From positions 47,706 through 111,705 of the forward strand of contig CAJUMY010000004.1 of NCBI GenBank assembly GCA_910587685.1: a stretch of DNA of 64,000 nt, read 5' to 3'. Of the stretch, positions 1 to 9,116 are shown one piece after another. The notes under the pieces are model-generated. The model saw only the letters and a program-made list of their open reading frames with translations, ran no database searches and had not been told where the DNA came from. Within the stretch, counting starts at the first letter, position 1, and each line of letters begins with the position of its first letter. The DNA is from an uncultured Christensenellaceae bacterium. Its GTDB lineage: Bacteria > Bacillota > Clostridia > Christensenellales > UBA3700. The position numbers were made by a program, and so were the translations under genes.

Positions 1-245
1 GACTGTCGTAATGACTGCGCTCGTATATAGATCGCTTAATGATTTTATGTACAAGTGAGTAAGGTTTGACTTCGCGTTCAGAAGTTTTATGAAGATAGCG
101 AAAAAATAAAGGAACGTTGTCCGCTACGTTTGAATATAACTAAATACGATAACGTAATTTAGCTTTGACAAAACGATATGATGGTATTTTTTCAATGCGA
201 CTATTGGAAAATTTACGAAAAATCATAGTTTTTTAATAAAAGGTC

Positions 246-273
246 TTTACAAACGATAAAATTATGCTATACT
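246..273 (+). promoter_or_regulatory. sigma70-like promoter candidate upstream of the tmRNA region (TTTACA-16-TATACT)
   Basis: -35 TTTACA 246..251 and -10 TATACT 268..273, read directly. It lies ~175 nt upstream of the tmRNA 5' end. Confidence 0.35.
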
Positions 274-448
274 ATATGAGCGATGATAAATACGTTATCG
301 TTTGAAAAAATCACGTTACTCGGTGATCGTAAGTTTCGGCTCTTTCGTCAAAGAGGCGGAAAGCTGTTGAAAGATTTTACGATGCTTACCCGAAGAGCCG
401 TAGTTTATTAATACTCACTAAGATCGATACTTGATTTAGCGTCAATGC

Positions 449-798
449 GGGGTTGTTCCGAATTCGACAGCGATTCAAGAGATATCATAAGCATACCGAA
501 GGCTCGTCTTCGTTAAAACGGAAAATTAAAATTAAACGCTAAAAACAACAATCAAATGGCTTTTGCCGCTTAAGTTCGGCAGCCTGTCGCTCGCAATGAC
601 CCACGGGTTGCGTTAGCGGCATCAGTTTAGTGGGAAGGGCAACGCGAAGCGTCTCGAATGCGTTGCAAGACTAGAGACTCGCTATCGGCTCGCCCGTAGG
701 TAGGCTATCCCGATAGGACTGATATATGCCTAATATGTATGTAGAAAGTGGTATTGATTAGTCGTTGGACAGGGGTTTAACTCCCCTCAGCTCCACCA
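449..798 (+). ncRNA. ssrA: tmRNA (transfer-messenger RNA, SsrA)
   Basis: 5' end is GGGGUUGUUCCGAAUUCGACAG. Internal tag frame GCU AAA AAC AAC AAU CAA AUG GCU UUU GCC GCU UAA gives AKNNNQMAFAA* (538..573). 3' tRNA-like end is GGACAGGGGUUUAACUCCCCUCAGCUCCACCA, and the acceptor pairing includes G3:U. A terminator hairpin follows. Confidence 0.9.
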
Positions 799-806
799 AA
801 AATTTT

Positions 807-845
807 GTCGCATTTTATCGAAAGATAAAATGCGACGTTTTTTTC
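807..845 (+). terminator. intrinsic terminator after ssrA
   Basis: 13-bp stem GTCGCATTTTATC / GATAAAATGCGAC with a GAAA loop, followed by GTTTTTTTC. Confidence 0.7.
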
Positions 846-1007
846 TATACCGATACCATTTTGCGGTATGTCGAGGTAAGTTTTTCAAAACTATTGAAAA
901 AAATAGTCAGACAAGCTATAAGAAAAAATATAAAATGGAACGATTTATCTATGAAGTTTTGCAAATTTCGGGCGTTGTATTTTTGATAAATGATAAGGAG
1001 GGTCTTT

Positions 1008-1358
1008 ATGAAAATCGGAGAGGTATGTTTATTAACAAACGACGTTATTCGTTTATCGAATTTTTATAAGATGCTATTTAACGTCGATAATCATTGCGAT
1101 GATGACGTTCACCAATTTATTTTTTCCGAAGAAACGACGCTCACTATCTATAACGACGGAATACAGCGAAAAACCAATCTTCAAAATATTTGTCTTGCAT
1201 TCACGGTAGATGACTTAGATACTGAATACGGGAGATTGAAAGAGCTTGGCGTTGAGATCGTTTCACCGCCGACAACGCGGCCTTGGGGAGCAAAGAACAT
1301 GAGCTTTTTAGACCCTGATAAAAACTTGATTATTTTTAGAAGTTTTCCCAAACAATAA
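1008..1358 (+). CDS. VOC/glyoxalase-bleomycin resistance family protein
   Basis: ATG at 1008 sits 7 nt after an AGGAGG RBS. The protein is ~116 aa with a VOC-like pattern (ICLAFTVDDLD...LKELGVEIVSPPTTRPWGAKNMSFLDPDKNLI). Confidence 0.7.
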   Translation: MKIGEVCLLTNDVIRLSNFYKMLFNVDNHCDDDVHQFIFSEETTLTIYNDGIQRKTNLQNICLAFTVDDLDTEYGRLKELGVEIVSPPTTRPWGAKNMSFLDPDKNLIIFRSFPKQ

Positions 1359-1546
1359 GTCGGAAGTTACATAAACAATAGTTAGTTACAGGAGTCTTAA
1401 TGTATTCAAATAATACTTTTCCTGCAATATCAACGAAGAAACTTACTTATAAACGAGAAACTCAACGGACAGCCGAGAGAGGTTAGTCCAGTCCATTATG
1501 ACTAACTTTTACCGTACGCCGACAGGTCGTCATCGGCAAAATTTTT

Positions 1547-2056
1547 ATGTTTTGCATAGTTCCTTTTACCGCGATAACTCAAGCGTCGCAACCGATAGCC
1601 GGTTATAACTACAGCGCAGGAAGACCCGATAGGATAAGATTCGCAATGAGATATACGATGCTGTTTTCGCTAATAGCTTCGTTGATACCGCTGATCCTTT
1701 GCGAACTTGCGCCGAAAGCGTTAGCGAGTATCATCGCGACCGACGGCGAGGTAATAAATAATTCGATACCGGCGCTTAGATGGACTGCCGCGGCATTCCC
1801 GTTTCTTTTTCTGCCGTCTGCAGTCGGCATACTTTTGCAATCGACGGGTAAGAAAATCATAGCCGCGTTACTTTTCGCCGAGAGTTTTGCATTTATTCCG
1901 CCGTTCGCTTTTCTTTTCGGTTATTTTATCGGCGCGGCGCATGTATGGATAGCATTCCCCGTTGCAGGGGCAGCGGCAAGCGCTGTCGCCGCAGTCGTAC
2001 TCATTGCGGTTTGGAAGAGAATAGGTAGAACGCCGACTGTCGAATCGGCGATCTGA
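1547..2056 (+). pseudogene. C-terminal remnant of a MATE-family efflux transporter
   Basis: The 169-aa ORF matches only the last ~4 TM helices of ~450-aa MATE proteins (QPIAGYNYSAGRPDRI motif). No N-terminal half exists upstream, and 1359..1546 is non-coding. Confidence 0.55.
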
Positions 2057-2278
2057 AAAATATTGATTTACCGATAAAGAATAACGCCGTTGTTATATCG
2101 ACGTTATGAAAGGAATAAATGAGCGTGAGGATTTGTTTTTTTAAGTCGTCGTTATTTATTTTTTTTGATCGTCCAATTTTAACGGTCAAAAGATCGAGCC
2201 GATGAATATCGCTTACGTCATTCATATTGCAATTGAAGACTAAACGGCAATGAGCTTGCCTGTAGGTCTATCCGGATA

Positions 2279-2791
2279 TTATTTTTGATGCGACTCGCCC
2301 TCTTTGTATTTAGAAAATGATAGGTAGTGAGAACGGGACGTTGCTTCCTTGTAGTATTGATCGACTCCGACTTCTTTTATTCTCCCGTTACCCGATATCC
2401 AATCGCTCAATACATTGTCGGAAATTGAAAATAAATTTTTACCTTTATCGCAGGGAAATTCGGTACACTCTCCGCAAAAATCTACGCCGTGAGCTACCGT
2501 ACATTCCCGAATGAAACAGTCCTTGATGCAATATTTGCCGTGTTCGCCGCTCCTGCAACCGTTGCATGGAGCTTTCGCTGTTTCCTCGAGCCGCTTTAGA
2601 AAGCATTTGTCTTTTTTAATGGATTTACCGTATCTTTTACGCGACGTTCTATAGCGAAACTCATAATATCCTAAGTGATAATTTAATAATTTTTTAGCGG
2701 TTTCGGCTATTACGCCGTTCTTTTTCGCGGGGCAAGTGTAGCAACAGAATGAACAAGGCGCGATAGCGTCGAGTATAGTCTCTTTATCCAT
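2279..2791 (-). CDS. Cys-rich protein, DUF3795-like
   Basis: 170 aa with several CxxC / CxxxC clusters (CSFCCYTCP, CNGCRSGEHGKYC, CGECTEFPC). The family assignment is from memory only. Confidence 0.45.
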   Translation of the reverse strand: MDKETILDAIAPCSFCCYTCPAKKNGVIAETAKKLLNYHLGYYEFRYRTSRKRYGKSIKKDKCFLKRLEETAKAPCNGCRSGEHGKYCIKDCFIRECTVAHGVDFCGECTEFPCDKGKNLFSISDNVLSDWISGNGRIKEVGVDQYYKEATSRSHYLSFSKYKEGESHQK

Positions 2792-2983
2792 ATTTTCCCT
2801 CGTATCGAAATGAAGTCGTTCGTATCTTTATGCTAGCATATCTATTTTGCTTTGTCAATAACGGAGAGAAGAGCCTAATGAGGGAGAGGAATAAAAGCTC
2901 TGCCAAATTACAGCGAAGCGAAATTTTGCGAGTGGTCGGAGAAAAGCGAGTCTGTTGAAGAAAGAGTCGATTCGTTTTGTAAA

Positions 2984-3020
2984 AATAACTATCCACCAGC
3001 TAAGCTGGTGGATAGTTATT
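2984..3020. repeat. perfect 37-bp palindrome (18-bp arms)
   Basis: AATAACTATCCACCAGCT-A-AGCTGGTGGATAGTTATT, read directly. It lies between divergently oriented transcription units. Confidence 0.85.
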
Positions 3021-3064
3021 ACCGTTAGTTTGAAAATACGCAGCGCGTAATTCCTTCGATTGTG

Positions 3065-3093
3065 TTGACATACTCTTTGCGGCGTGGTATTAT
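3065..3093 (+). promoter_or_regulatory. sigma70-like promoter of the que operon (TTGACA-17-TATTAT)
   Basis: -35 TTGACA 3065..3070, 17-bp spacer, -10 TATTAT 3088..3093. Confidence 0.55.
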
Positions 3094-3106
3094 ATATCTA
3101 ATTAAT

Positions 3107-3150
3107 CGGACAGTTCGTTTGCGCCATCCTGTCGTTAAACAAAACCAGGG
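3107..3150 (+). promoter_or_regulatory. preQ1-I riboswitch aptamer
   Basis: 5-bp stem GACAG/CUGUC with a C-containing loop, followed by the A-rich tail GUUAAACAAAACCAGG. This resembles the Thermoanaerobacter preQ1-I aptamer (...CCCAGUUAACAAAACAAGG) as I recall it. It sits directly upstream of queDE-folE-queCF. Confidence 0.6.
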
Positions 3151-3178
3151 CATCTTAAGAGGAAGAGTCTTTTTTGGC

Positions 3179-3209
3179 GCAGTCGTTTTGTCACGGCTGT
3201 ATTTTTTTT
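3179..3209 (+). terminator. candidate expression-platform terminator of the preQ1 riboswitch
   Basis: Stem GCAGUCG/CGGCUGU (7 bp, 2 G:U) followed by AUUUUUUUU, just before the queD RBS. Confidence 0.45.
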
Positions 3210-3224
3210 GCAAAGGGAGAGGAT

Positions 3225-3644
3225 ATGTATTATTTAAAAACTTCCGCTTGTTTTGACAGCGCGCACTTTCTTCACGGATACAACGGCAAGTGCGCAAATA
3301 TCCACGGTCACCACTGGATTGTGAAAGTAAAGATAAACGGTGACAAATTGCAGGAAAGCGGCGAAAAGCGCGGTATGCTTTTGGACTTCGGCGATTTTAA
3401 GCAGGCGGTAAAAGAGCTTGCAAAAGGCTTTGACCACACGTTTATTTACGAAAAAAACACTCTTAAACCTGCGACTGTTGTCGCGCTTAAAGAAGAGGGG
3501 TTTTCATTGGTTGAAACGGATTTCAGACCCACTGCCGAAAACTTTGCCGCGCACATATTCGCCGAACTTTACAACAAAGGCTTGCCTGTTTCCTGCGTGG
3601 CTGTTTACGAGTCGCCCGAAAACTGCGCGGTGTACGGTGAGTGA
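3225..3644 (+). CDS. queD: 6-carboxy-5,6,7,8-tetrahydropterin synthase
   Basis: RBS AGGGAGAGG precedes the ATG at 3225. N-terminus MYYLKTSACFDSAHFLHGYNGKCANIHGHHW is the typical QueD His/Cys motif. Confidence 0.85.
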   Translation: MYYLKTSACFDSAHFLHGYNGKCANIHGHHWIVKVKINGDKLQESGEKRGMLLDFGDFKQAVKELAKGFDHTFIYEKNTLKPATVVALKEEGFSLVETDFRPTAENFAAHIFAELYNKGLPVSCVAVYESPENCAVYGE

Positions 3645-3645
3645 T

Positions 3646-4311
3646 ATGTTTTGTTTTAAAGTTGCCGAAAAGTTTGTAAGCATAAACGGCGAAGGTCCGC
3701 GCGCGGGCGAGCTTGCCGTGTTTCTGCGGTTTTGTGGCTGCAATCTTAATTGTAGCTATTGCGATACGCGCTGGGCAAATACCGCCGACGTAAAATACGA
3801 GCTTGCTTCCGCGGGAGAGCTTGTTGAATATGTGAAATCGACGGGCGTAAAAAACGTTACCCTGACGGGCGGCGAGCCGATTTTACAGGCGGATATTGCG
3901 CGGCTTATAGCGCTGCTGGGAGCGTCGGGCGCAGACGTCGAAATAGAAACTAACGGAAGCGTGCCGTTGGAAGAAATCGTTTCCCTTTCGCCTCGTCCCG
4001 CCGTTACCGCCGATTATAAACTTCCTTCAAGCGGAATGGAAAAATATATGCTGATAGAAAACTTTTCTTGCCTTACGCTACGTGACGCGGTCAAGTTTGT
4101 GGTCGGGGATATGCGCGATTTGGCGCGCGCGGAAGAGATCATAAACGAGTACGGACTTATAGACAGGTGCCGCGTTTATTTTAGTCCCGTGTTCGGAAAA
4201 ATCAAGCCTGAGGAAATAGTGGAGTTTATGAAAGAGCGTAAACTTAACGGCGTACGCTTGCAATTACAGTTACATAAAATGATCTGGAAACCCGATATGC
4301 GCGGGGTATAG
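3646..4311 (+). CDS. queE: 7-carboxy-7-deazaguanine synthase (radical SAM)
   Basis: Start MFCFKVAEKFVSINGEGPRAGELAVFLRFCGCNLNCSYCDT carries the CxxxCxxC radical-SAM cluster. The longer ORF-track start at 3418 overlaps queD and is rejected. Confidence 0.85.
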   Translation: MFCFKVAEKFVSINGEGPRAGELAVFLRFCGCNLNCSYCDTRWANTADVKYELASAGELVEYVKSTGVKNVTLTGGEPILQADIARLIALLGASGADVEIETNGSVPLEEIVSLSPRPAVTADYKLPSSGMEKYMLIENFSCLTLRDAVKFVVGDMRDLARAEEIINEYGLIDRCRVYFSPVFGKIKPEEIVEFMKERKLNGVRLQLQLHKMIWKPDMRGV

Positions 4312-4319
4312 GAGAAAGT

Positions 4320-4892
4320 ATGGATATTAAAGAAATAGAACAACATATCCGCGGGTTATTGGTCGCCATAGGCGAAGATCCCGATAGGGAAGGTCTGCGC
4401 GAAACGCCTTCCCGCGTAGCGCGAATGTACGAAGAAGCGTTTGAAGGTATAAAATACACCAACCGCGAAATTGCGGAAATGTTTGGAAAAACTTTCGAAG
4501 TTCCGTCCGACCCGAATTCGGACGGCGCAGTGGTCATAAAGGACATAAGTGTGTTCAGCTATTGCGAGCATCATATGGCGCTTATGTACGATATGAAAGT
4601 CGACGTGGCATACGTCCCGCGCGGAAGAGTTCTGGGACTGAGCAAAATCGCGCGCATTTGCGACATGGCGGCAAAGCGGCTGCAATTGCAGGAGCGTCTG
4701 GGACGGGACATTGCGGAGATAATTTCGCTTGCGGCTTTATCGCCCGACGTCGGCGTAAGGATAGAAGGTTGCCACAGCTGTATGACTTCGCGCGGAATAA
4801 AAAACGTATCGTCAAAAACGGTTACTAAAACTTACTTCGGCTCGTTCAAAGACGACGTTTCACTACAAAATCTTTTGGGGGACAGGGTATGA
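4320..4892 (+). CDS. folE: GTP cyclohydrolase I
   Basis: 190 aa with REGLRETPSRVARMYEE and SYCEHHM motifs, embedded in the que operon. Confidence 0.85.
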   Translation: MDIKEIEQHIRGLLVAIGEDPDREGLRETPSRVARMYEEAFEGIKYTNREIAEMFGKTFEVPSDPNSDGAVVIKDISVFSYCEHHMALMYDMKVDVAYVPRGRVLGLSKIARICDMAAKRLQLQERLGRDIAEIISLAALSPDVGVRIEGCHSCMTSRGIKNVSSKTVTKTYFGSFKDDVSLQNLLGDRV

Positions 4893-5575
4893 AAGCACTA
4901 GTTTTATTAAGCGGCGGCGTTGACAGCGCAACCTGTCTCGGAATGGCGGTTCAGAAATACGGCGCGACGGAAGTTTCCGCCCTTTCCGTTTATTACGGTC
5001 AGACTCACAGTAAGGAACTTGACGCCGCGCAAAAAATTGCTGACTTTTACGGCGTTGTTTTAAAGAGGCTTGACCTTTCGGTCATATTCGAAGGTTCGGA
5101 CTGTTCGCTCTTGGCGGAGTCGCCCAATGAGATACCACTGCAAAGCTATGCCGAACAGCTTTCTGAAACGGGCGGCAAACCCGTTTCAACCTACGTCCCT
5201 TTCAGGAACGGGCTGTTTCTTTCGGCGGCGGCAAGCGTGGCGCTGTCGCACGGGTGCGAAGTGATATATTACGGCGCGCACAGCGACGATGCGGCGGGTA
5301 ACGCCTATCCCGATTGCAGCGAGAAGTTCAATTCCGCGATGGGCGAAGCTATTTATACGGGGAGTGGCGGGCAGCTTAAAATTCTTGCGCCCTTTGTAAA
5401 CTTAAATAAATCGCAGGTTGTAAAAATGGGGCTAGGACTCGGCGTTCCGTATAAATATACCTGGAGCTGTTATTCGGGAGGCGGAAAACCTTGCGGAGTA
5501 TGCGCTACCTGTCGCGACCGCGCCACCGCTTTTAAAGCCAATGGAATAGAAGATCCTGCAATAAAAGGAGAATGA
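4889..5575 (+). CDS. queC: 7-cyano-7-deazaguanine synthase
   Basis: N-terminal PP-loop motif LLSGGVDS and a C-terminal Cys cluster ([18 protein letters not shown]). Overlaps folE by 4 nt. Confidence 0.9.
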   Translation: MKALVLLSGGVDSATCLGMAVQKYGATEVSALSVYYGQTHSKELDAAQKIADFYGVVLKRLDLSVIFEGSDCSLLAESPNEIPLQSYAEQLSETGGKPVSTYVPFRNGLFLSAAASVALSHGCEVIYYGAHSDDAAGNAYPDCSEKFNSAMGEAIYTGSGGQLKILAPFVNLNKSQVVKMGLGLGVPYKYTWSCYSGGGKPCGVCATCRDRATAFKANGIEDPAIKGE

Positions 5576-5576
5576 T

Positions 5577-6068
5577 ATGTCAAGAGAAAAACAGAATGAA
5601 GGTATTAGCCTGCTCGGGAACAATAACACTAAATATCCGCAGACTTACGACCCGTTCGTTTTGGAAACGTTTGCAAATAAACACCCCGGAAGGGACTATT
5701 TTGTAAAGTTCAACTGTCCCGAATTCACAAGCCTTTGTCCCATTACGGGTCAGCCCGATTTTGCTACGATCTACATTTCGTACGTACCGCGCGAAAAGAT
5801 GGTTGAAAGCAAGTCTTTAAAGCTGTATCTTTTCGGGTTCAGAAACCGCGGCGATTTCCATGAAGACTGCGTGAATATAATTATGAATGACCTTATTGAT
5901 TTGATGGATCCTTCATATATCGAAGTATGGGGTAAATTTCTGCCCCGTGGCGGAATTTCCATAGATCCATACTGTAACTATGGCAAAAGCGGGACCAAGT
6001 GGGAACAGGTAGCCTGGGATAGACTTTCACACCACGATATGTATCCTGAAAAAATCGACAACAGATAA
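5577..6068 (+). CDS. queF: NADPH-dependent 7-cyano-7-deazaguanine reductase
   Basis: 163 aa with the [14 protein letters not shown] catalytic-Cys motif and ESKSLKLYL. Confidence 0.9.
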   Translation: MSREKQNEGISLLGNNNTKYPQTYDPFVLETFANKHPGRDYFVKFNCPEFTSLCPITGQPDFATIYISYVPREKMVESKSLKLYLFGFRNRGDFHEDCVNIIMNDLIDLMDPSYIEVWGKFLPRGGISIDPYCNYGKSGTKWEQVAWDRLSHHDMYPEKIDNR

Positions 6069-6096
6069 AAAGCGGACGCTCGTCCGCTTTTATTTT
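6067..6096 (+). terminator. intrinsic terminator of the que operon
   Basis: AAAAGCGGACG-CT-CGTCCGCTTTTATTTTATT. Confidence 0.75.
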
Positions 6097-6185
6097 ATTC
6101 AGATTACGCTCCTTTTGCGTGTTTCTTGGTGGACTTATGTTATTCGCGTAATGCAAAGAGCAGTGCCGTCGAAGCAAAGCGAAGA

Positions 6186-6906
6186 CTAATGTTCGTTGGA
6201 CTGAGGGGAAACAAAAAAGATACTGTGAGCAGGGCGTAAGCCGGTGTCACGGTATCTTGGTGGTGCACCAAGTGATTTAATATCCGAATTTTTTGTTGCT
6301 TCAATTTCAGAAAGGGATACTGTCTGCGTTCCGTCTTTGAAGTTAAAAGTGATAGTAAATTTATCGTCAAACAGGTAAATTGAGTTCACAAACCCGTCTA
6401 TAAGCCGACGTTTACCTTCAAGCGTGGTAATATCAAGATTTCTGAACTGCTCTATACCGAATTGTATTTGCTCTTTCGTAAGGAAGGGCTTTTTTATTTT
6501 TTCTTGCAAAATGGCGATTTCGATTTCTTTCTTTTTGCTTTCAAGTTGTGCGAGTCTGTCCTTCGTGGTGTCCGTGATAATGCCTTGCTCGATAGCGTTC
6601 ATAAGATTTTCGATGCGCTTTTCGGTGTCGGTAAGCTGTCCTTTCAAATGCGGTATTCTCGGATTTTCTTCGCCTTGCAATACAAATATTCTTTCGGTAA
6701 GGTATTCAACTAACTTATCGTCGTGCAGAACTTTCATAGCCTTTTCTACGACCAAATCTTCTATCCAATCTTTCCGCACAGCTTTCTTGTCGCAGATATG
6801 CACCTTCTTTGTGTTAGCGCATTTGTAGTAACGGTAAACCCTTGAAGTTCCCATACCGCTCTCACCAACCATATGAGTATTGCATTTTCCACAGAAAAGT
6901 TTACTA
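6186..6906 (-). pseudogene. large serine recombinase of the outer element, C-terminal half (gene split by insertion)
   Basis: The frame reads ...SKLFCGKCNTHMVGESGMGTSRVYRYYKC... (recombinase zinc-ribbon) followed by a coiled-coil. It continues the N-terminal half at 13598..14417 once 6907..13599 is removed. Confidence 0.75.
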
Positions 6907-6937
6907 ATATGCGCAAATGGACAATGTAGTTATTTGG

Positions 6938-8569
6938 TTAAGTTTCTTTGCCTAACAGTTTGTAGTAGATGTGGATTTCTCTTGCGCCCGTTTTGTCGTC
7001 GGGGCTTGCACCTATGGTTATATACTCTATAAGTTCAAGGCACAATTCCCGTGTAAGTTCGGGTACGTCGGTATAGCGTTTGAGCCTACGGATAAATTCG
7101 TCCACGTCGGCTTCGTTTTTGCTTACGACGGACAGCGCGTTTTCAAGGTCGGTTATTTCAGCTTTCAGCTCGTCTTGTTCTTCGGTGTACTTGGCAAGAA
7201 GTTTCAAACAAATATCTTCGGGTATCTTGCCCAACACTTTGTCCTCGTAAACCGATTGCGTCAGCCGTTCAAGCTCGTTAAACCGTTTCGTCTTTTGCGC
7301 AAGGTCTTTCTTGTCGGCGTTATACTTTGCCGCAGAGATTTGTTCTTTGTATTTCAAGAAGTCCGCTCGTGCCTTTTGCTCGTCGTCCAAGATTAGCTTT
7401 GCCTTTGCGCGTATATCGTTAAGCACCACTTGTTCTATATCCTCGCGCCGTATGTAGTGGTTATAGCAATAGAATTTTCCGAACCGCGAGTGATTGCCGC
7501 AAATGTAGTGGTAACGAATACGTCTTTCGGGATGCTCTTTGGACGGTTTCAAATCTTGCTGTCCGAGCTTCATTTTACCGCCGCAGTCCGCACAAAACAT
7601 CAGTCCCGATAAAACGTGCATTGTTCCTCTCGAAGTGTGCTTGCCGTGGCTTGCAACGGACTCCTCGATTTCTCGGCATTTATCCCAAAGCTCTTGCGTT
7701 ACGATAGGCTCGAACGCATTGGGGAATACGATAGGCTCGCGGTTTGTGCGCCGTCTGTTCTTGTAAGATACGGTAGTATAGCGCAAACGTATCAAATGAC
7801 CGAGATACATCGGGTTTTTGAGAATACTCCGAAGAATACTGTCCGCCCATAAGTTCTTGTTCGGCTTTTTGTTGGTTACGCCGAACTTCTCATACAGATA
7901 TACGGCGGGGATAGGGACTTTCTCGTTGTTGAGAACGGTATAGATTTCGTTTAACGTCTTTCCCGTCGCTCTCATCTCGAAAATGCGTCTTACAATCGTT
8001 GCCGCCGGCTCGTCGATTACGGGCAAGCATTTATCGCCCGTACCTTTTACATAACCGTAAGGCGCGTGAGTAGAACGATATTTGCCCGCTTTTGCGTTCG
8101 CTTCGGTTACCGCGCGAATTTTCTTTGACGTGTTTGCCGAGTGCCATTCGTTAAAGATGTTCATAATCGGCATCATATCCATTCCCGCGCTGTTTACGTT
8201 CGCCGTGTCTACGTTGTCCGAAATGGCGATAAAGCGGATATTGTATATTGGGAAAATATAATCGACGTACTGTCCCACAAAGATGTAGTTCCTGCCGAAA
8301 CGGGATAAATCTTTTACGATTATCGTGTCGATTTTGCCTGTCTTGGCGTCCTCTAACAGTCTTTGCACTTGCGGTCTGTCGAAGTTTGTTCCGCTGTACC
8401 CGTCGTCAACGTATTCGTCTATAACCGTCCAACCGCGCTCTTGCGCGTACTTGGTTAAGATATTGCGTTGGTTTTCGATTGACAGCGATTCGCCTTGACG
8501 CTCGTCGTCCTTGCTGAGTCGCATATATAGTCCGACTTTGTTATTCAGTTGTATTTGCTTTGATTTCAT
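6938..8569 (-). CDS. large serine recombinase (TnpX-like)
   Basis: 543 aa. N-terminal resolvase catalytic domain (GLYMRLSKDDE...SLSIENQR, DDGYSG), recombinase domain, Cys zinc ribbon (CADCGGKM...CGNHSRFGKFYC) and a C-terminal coiled coil. The stop lies 31 nt from the element end. Confidence 0.9.
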   Translation of the reverse strand: MKSKQIQLNNKVGLYMRLSKDDERQGESLSIENQRNILTKYAQERGWTVIDEYVDDGYSGTNFDRPQVQRLLEDAKTGKIDTIIVKDLSRFGRNYIFVGQYVDYIFPIYNIRFIAISDNVDTANVNSAGMDMMPIMNIFNEWHSANTSKKIRAVTEANAKAGKYRSTHAPYGYVKGTGDKCLPVIDEPAATIVRRIFEMRATGKTLNEIYTVLNNEKVPIPAVYLYEKFGVTNKKPNKNLWADSILRSILKNPMYLGHLIRLRYTTVSYKNRRRTNREPIVFPNAFEPIVTQELWDKCREIEESVASHGKHTSRGTMHVLSGLMFCADCGGKMKLGQQDLKPSKEHPERRIRYHYICGNHSRFGKFYCYNHYIRREDIEQVVLNDIRAKAKLILDDEQKARADFLKYKEQISAAKYNADKKDLAQKTKRFNELERLTQSVYEDKVLGKIPEDICLKLLAKYTEEQDELKAEITDLENALSVVSKNEADVDEFIRRLKRYTDVPELTRELCLELIEYITIGASPDDKTGAREIHIYYKLLGKET

Positions 8570-8740
8570 TTATTTTACTCCTCTGAATCAAAGCAGCCAA
8601 ATTCAATGTACGGGTATTATACCACAATACACCGAATTTGGCAAGCCCGATCCGATATGTGAAGGGCGGCTATGCTTATTAAATTTCAAAACCGCCCGAT
8701 AATAAAGTTAGTTTTTTAAGCCTGCGTCGCGGTACGCCCG

Positions 8741-8881
8741 ATTAACGGCTATTCTCCGTAAAACCTCGTCCACGTCCTTATCGCCGCAAAAGTGGCTTGT
8801 TACAATGTATCTTTTTCCCTCAATCATATACTCTCTTTGCGATGTGGGTGCGCCTGCAAACTCCTCGCGTAATTGTTCCAA
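8741..8881 (-). CDS. small TnpW-like ORF (start uncertain, possible frameshift)
   Basis: Hand translation from TTG 8881 gives MEQLREEFAGAPTSQREYMIEGKRYIVTSHFCGDKDVDEVFTENSR*. Past a run of five A (8759..8763), the alternative frame continues LRRIAVNRAYRDAGLKN* and looks more protein-like. It sits between the recombinase and the relaxase. Confidence 0.3.
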
Positions 8882-9116
8882 CGTCTTGTTCGTAGTTGTT
8901 CCTCCAAAAATTTAATCATTCATATTCAATTTTCATATTCGATTTCCTCCGCGATTCTATGCGCGTTATCTAAAACGCAACTTTATTTCTGTTTGCGCTG
9001 TCCGCTCTATGGCGGGAATTTCCGTATAAAAAAGCCGTGAACGCTCTTTCAGTCCTTTTAACTTCTCATATTCCTGTGGACGTATTCTTCACGGTCTTTG
9101 TTTGTATATTTAATTG

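Noticed and set aside
165-179. 15-nt identity TTGACAAAACGATAT shared with 49168..49182 (downstream of smpB), considered as a trace of an ssrA/smpB rearrangement.
   Set aside because: The flanks show no further similarity, and a single 15-mer match in an AT-biased 64-kb window on both strands is compatible with chance.
765-1069. ORFs 765..986 and 830..1069 overlapping the tmRNA 3' end and its terminator.
   Set aside because: They start inside the tmRNA and run through a terminator hairpin, with no RBS. The region is better explained by ssrA plus the VOC gene that starts at 1008.
3418-3645. N-terminal extension of the queE ORF (ORF-track start at 3418). Similar extended starts occur for pth (63024), speE (40927), metY (49144), nspC (43946) and the fumarase beta subunit (57460).
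   Set aside because: The extensions overlap the upstream genes in another frame and lack an RBS. The family-typical N-termini begin at the internal ATGs, which have good RBSs.
6233-6262. TGGTGCACC...GATT...CCGAAT, resembling the 3' end of tRNA-Arg (28168..), considered as an att direct repeat for a tRNA-targeting island.
   Set aside because: Only 9 contiguous matching bases followed by gapped, weak similarity. It lies inside the recombinase C-terminal coding tail, and no tyrosine integrase is present.
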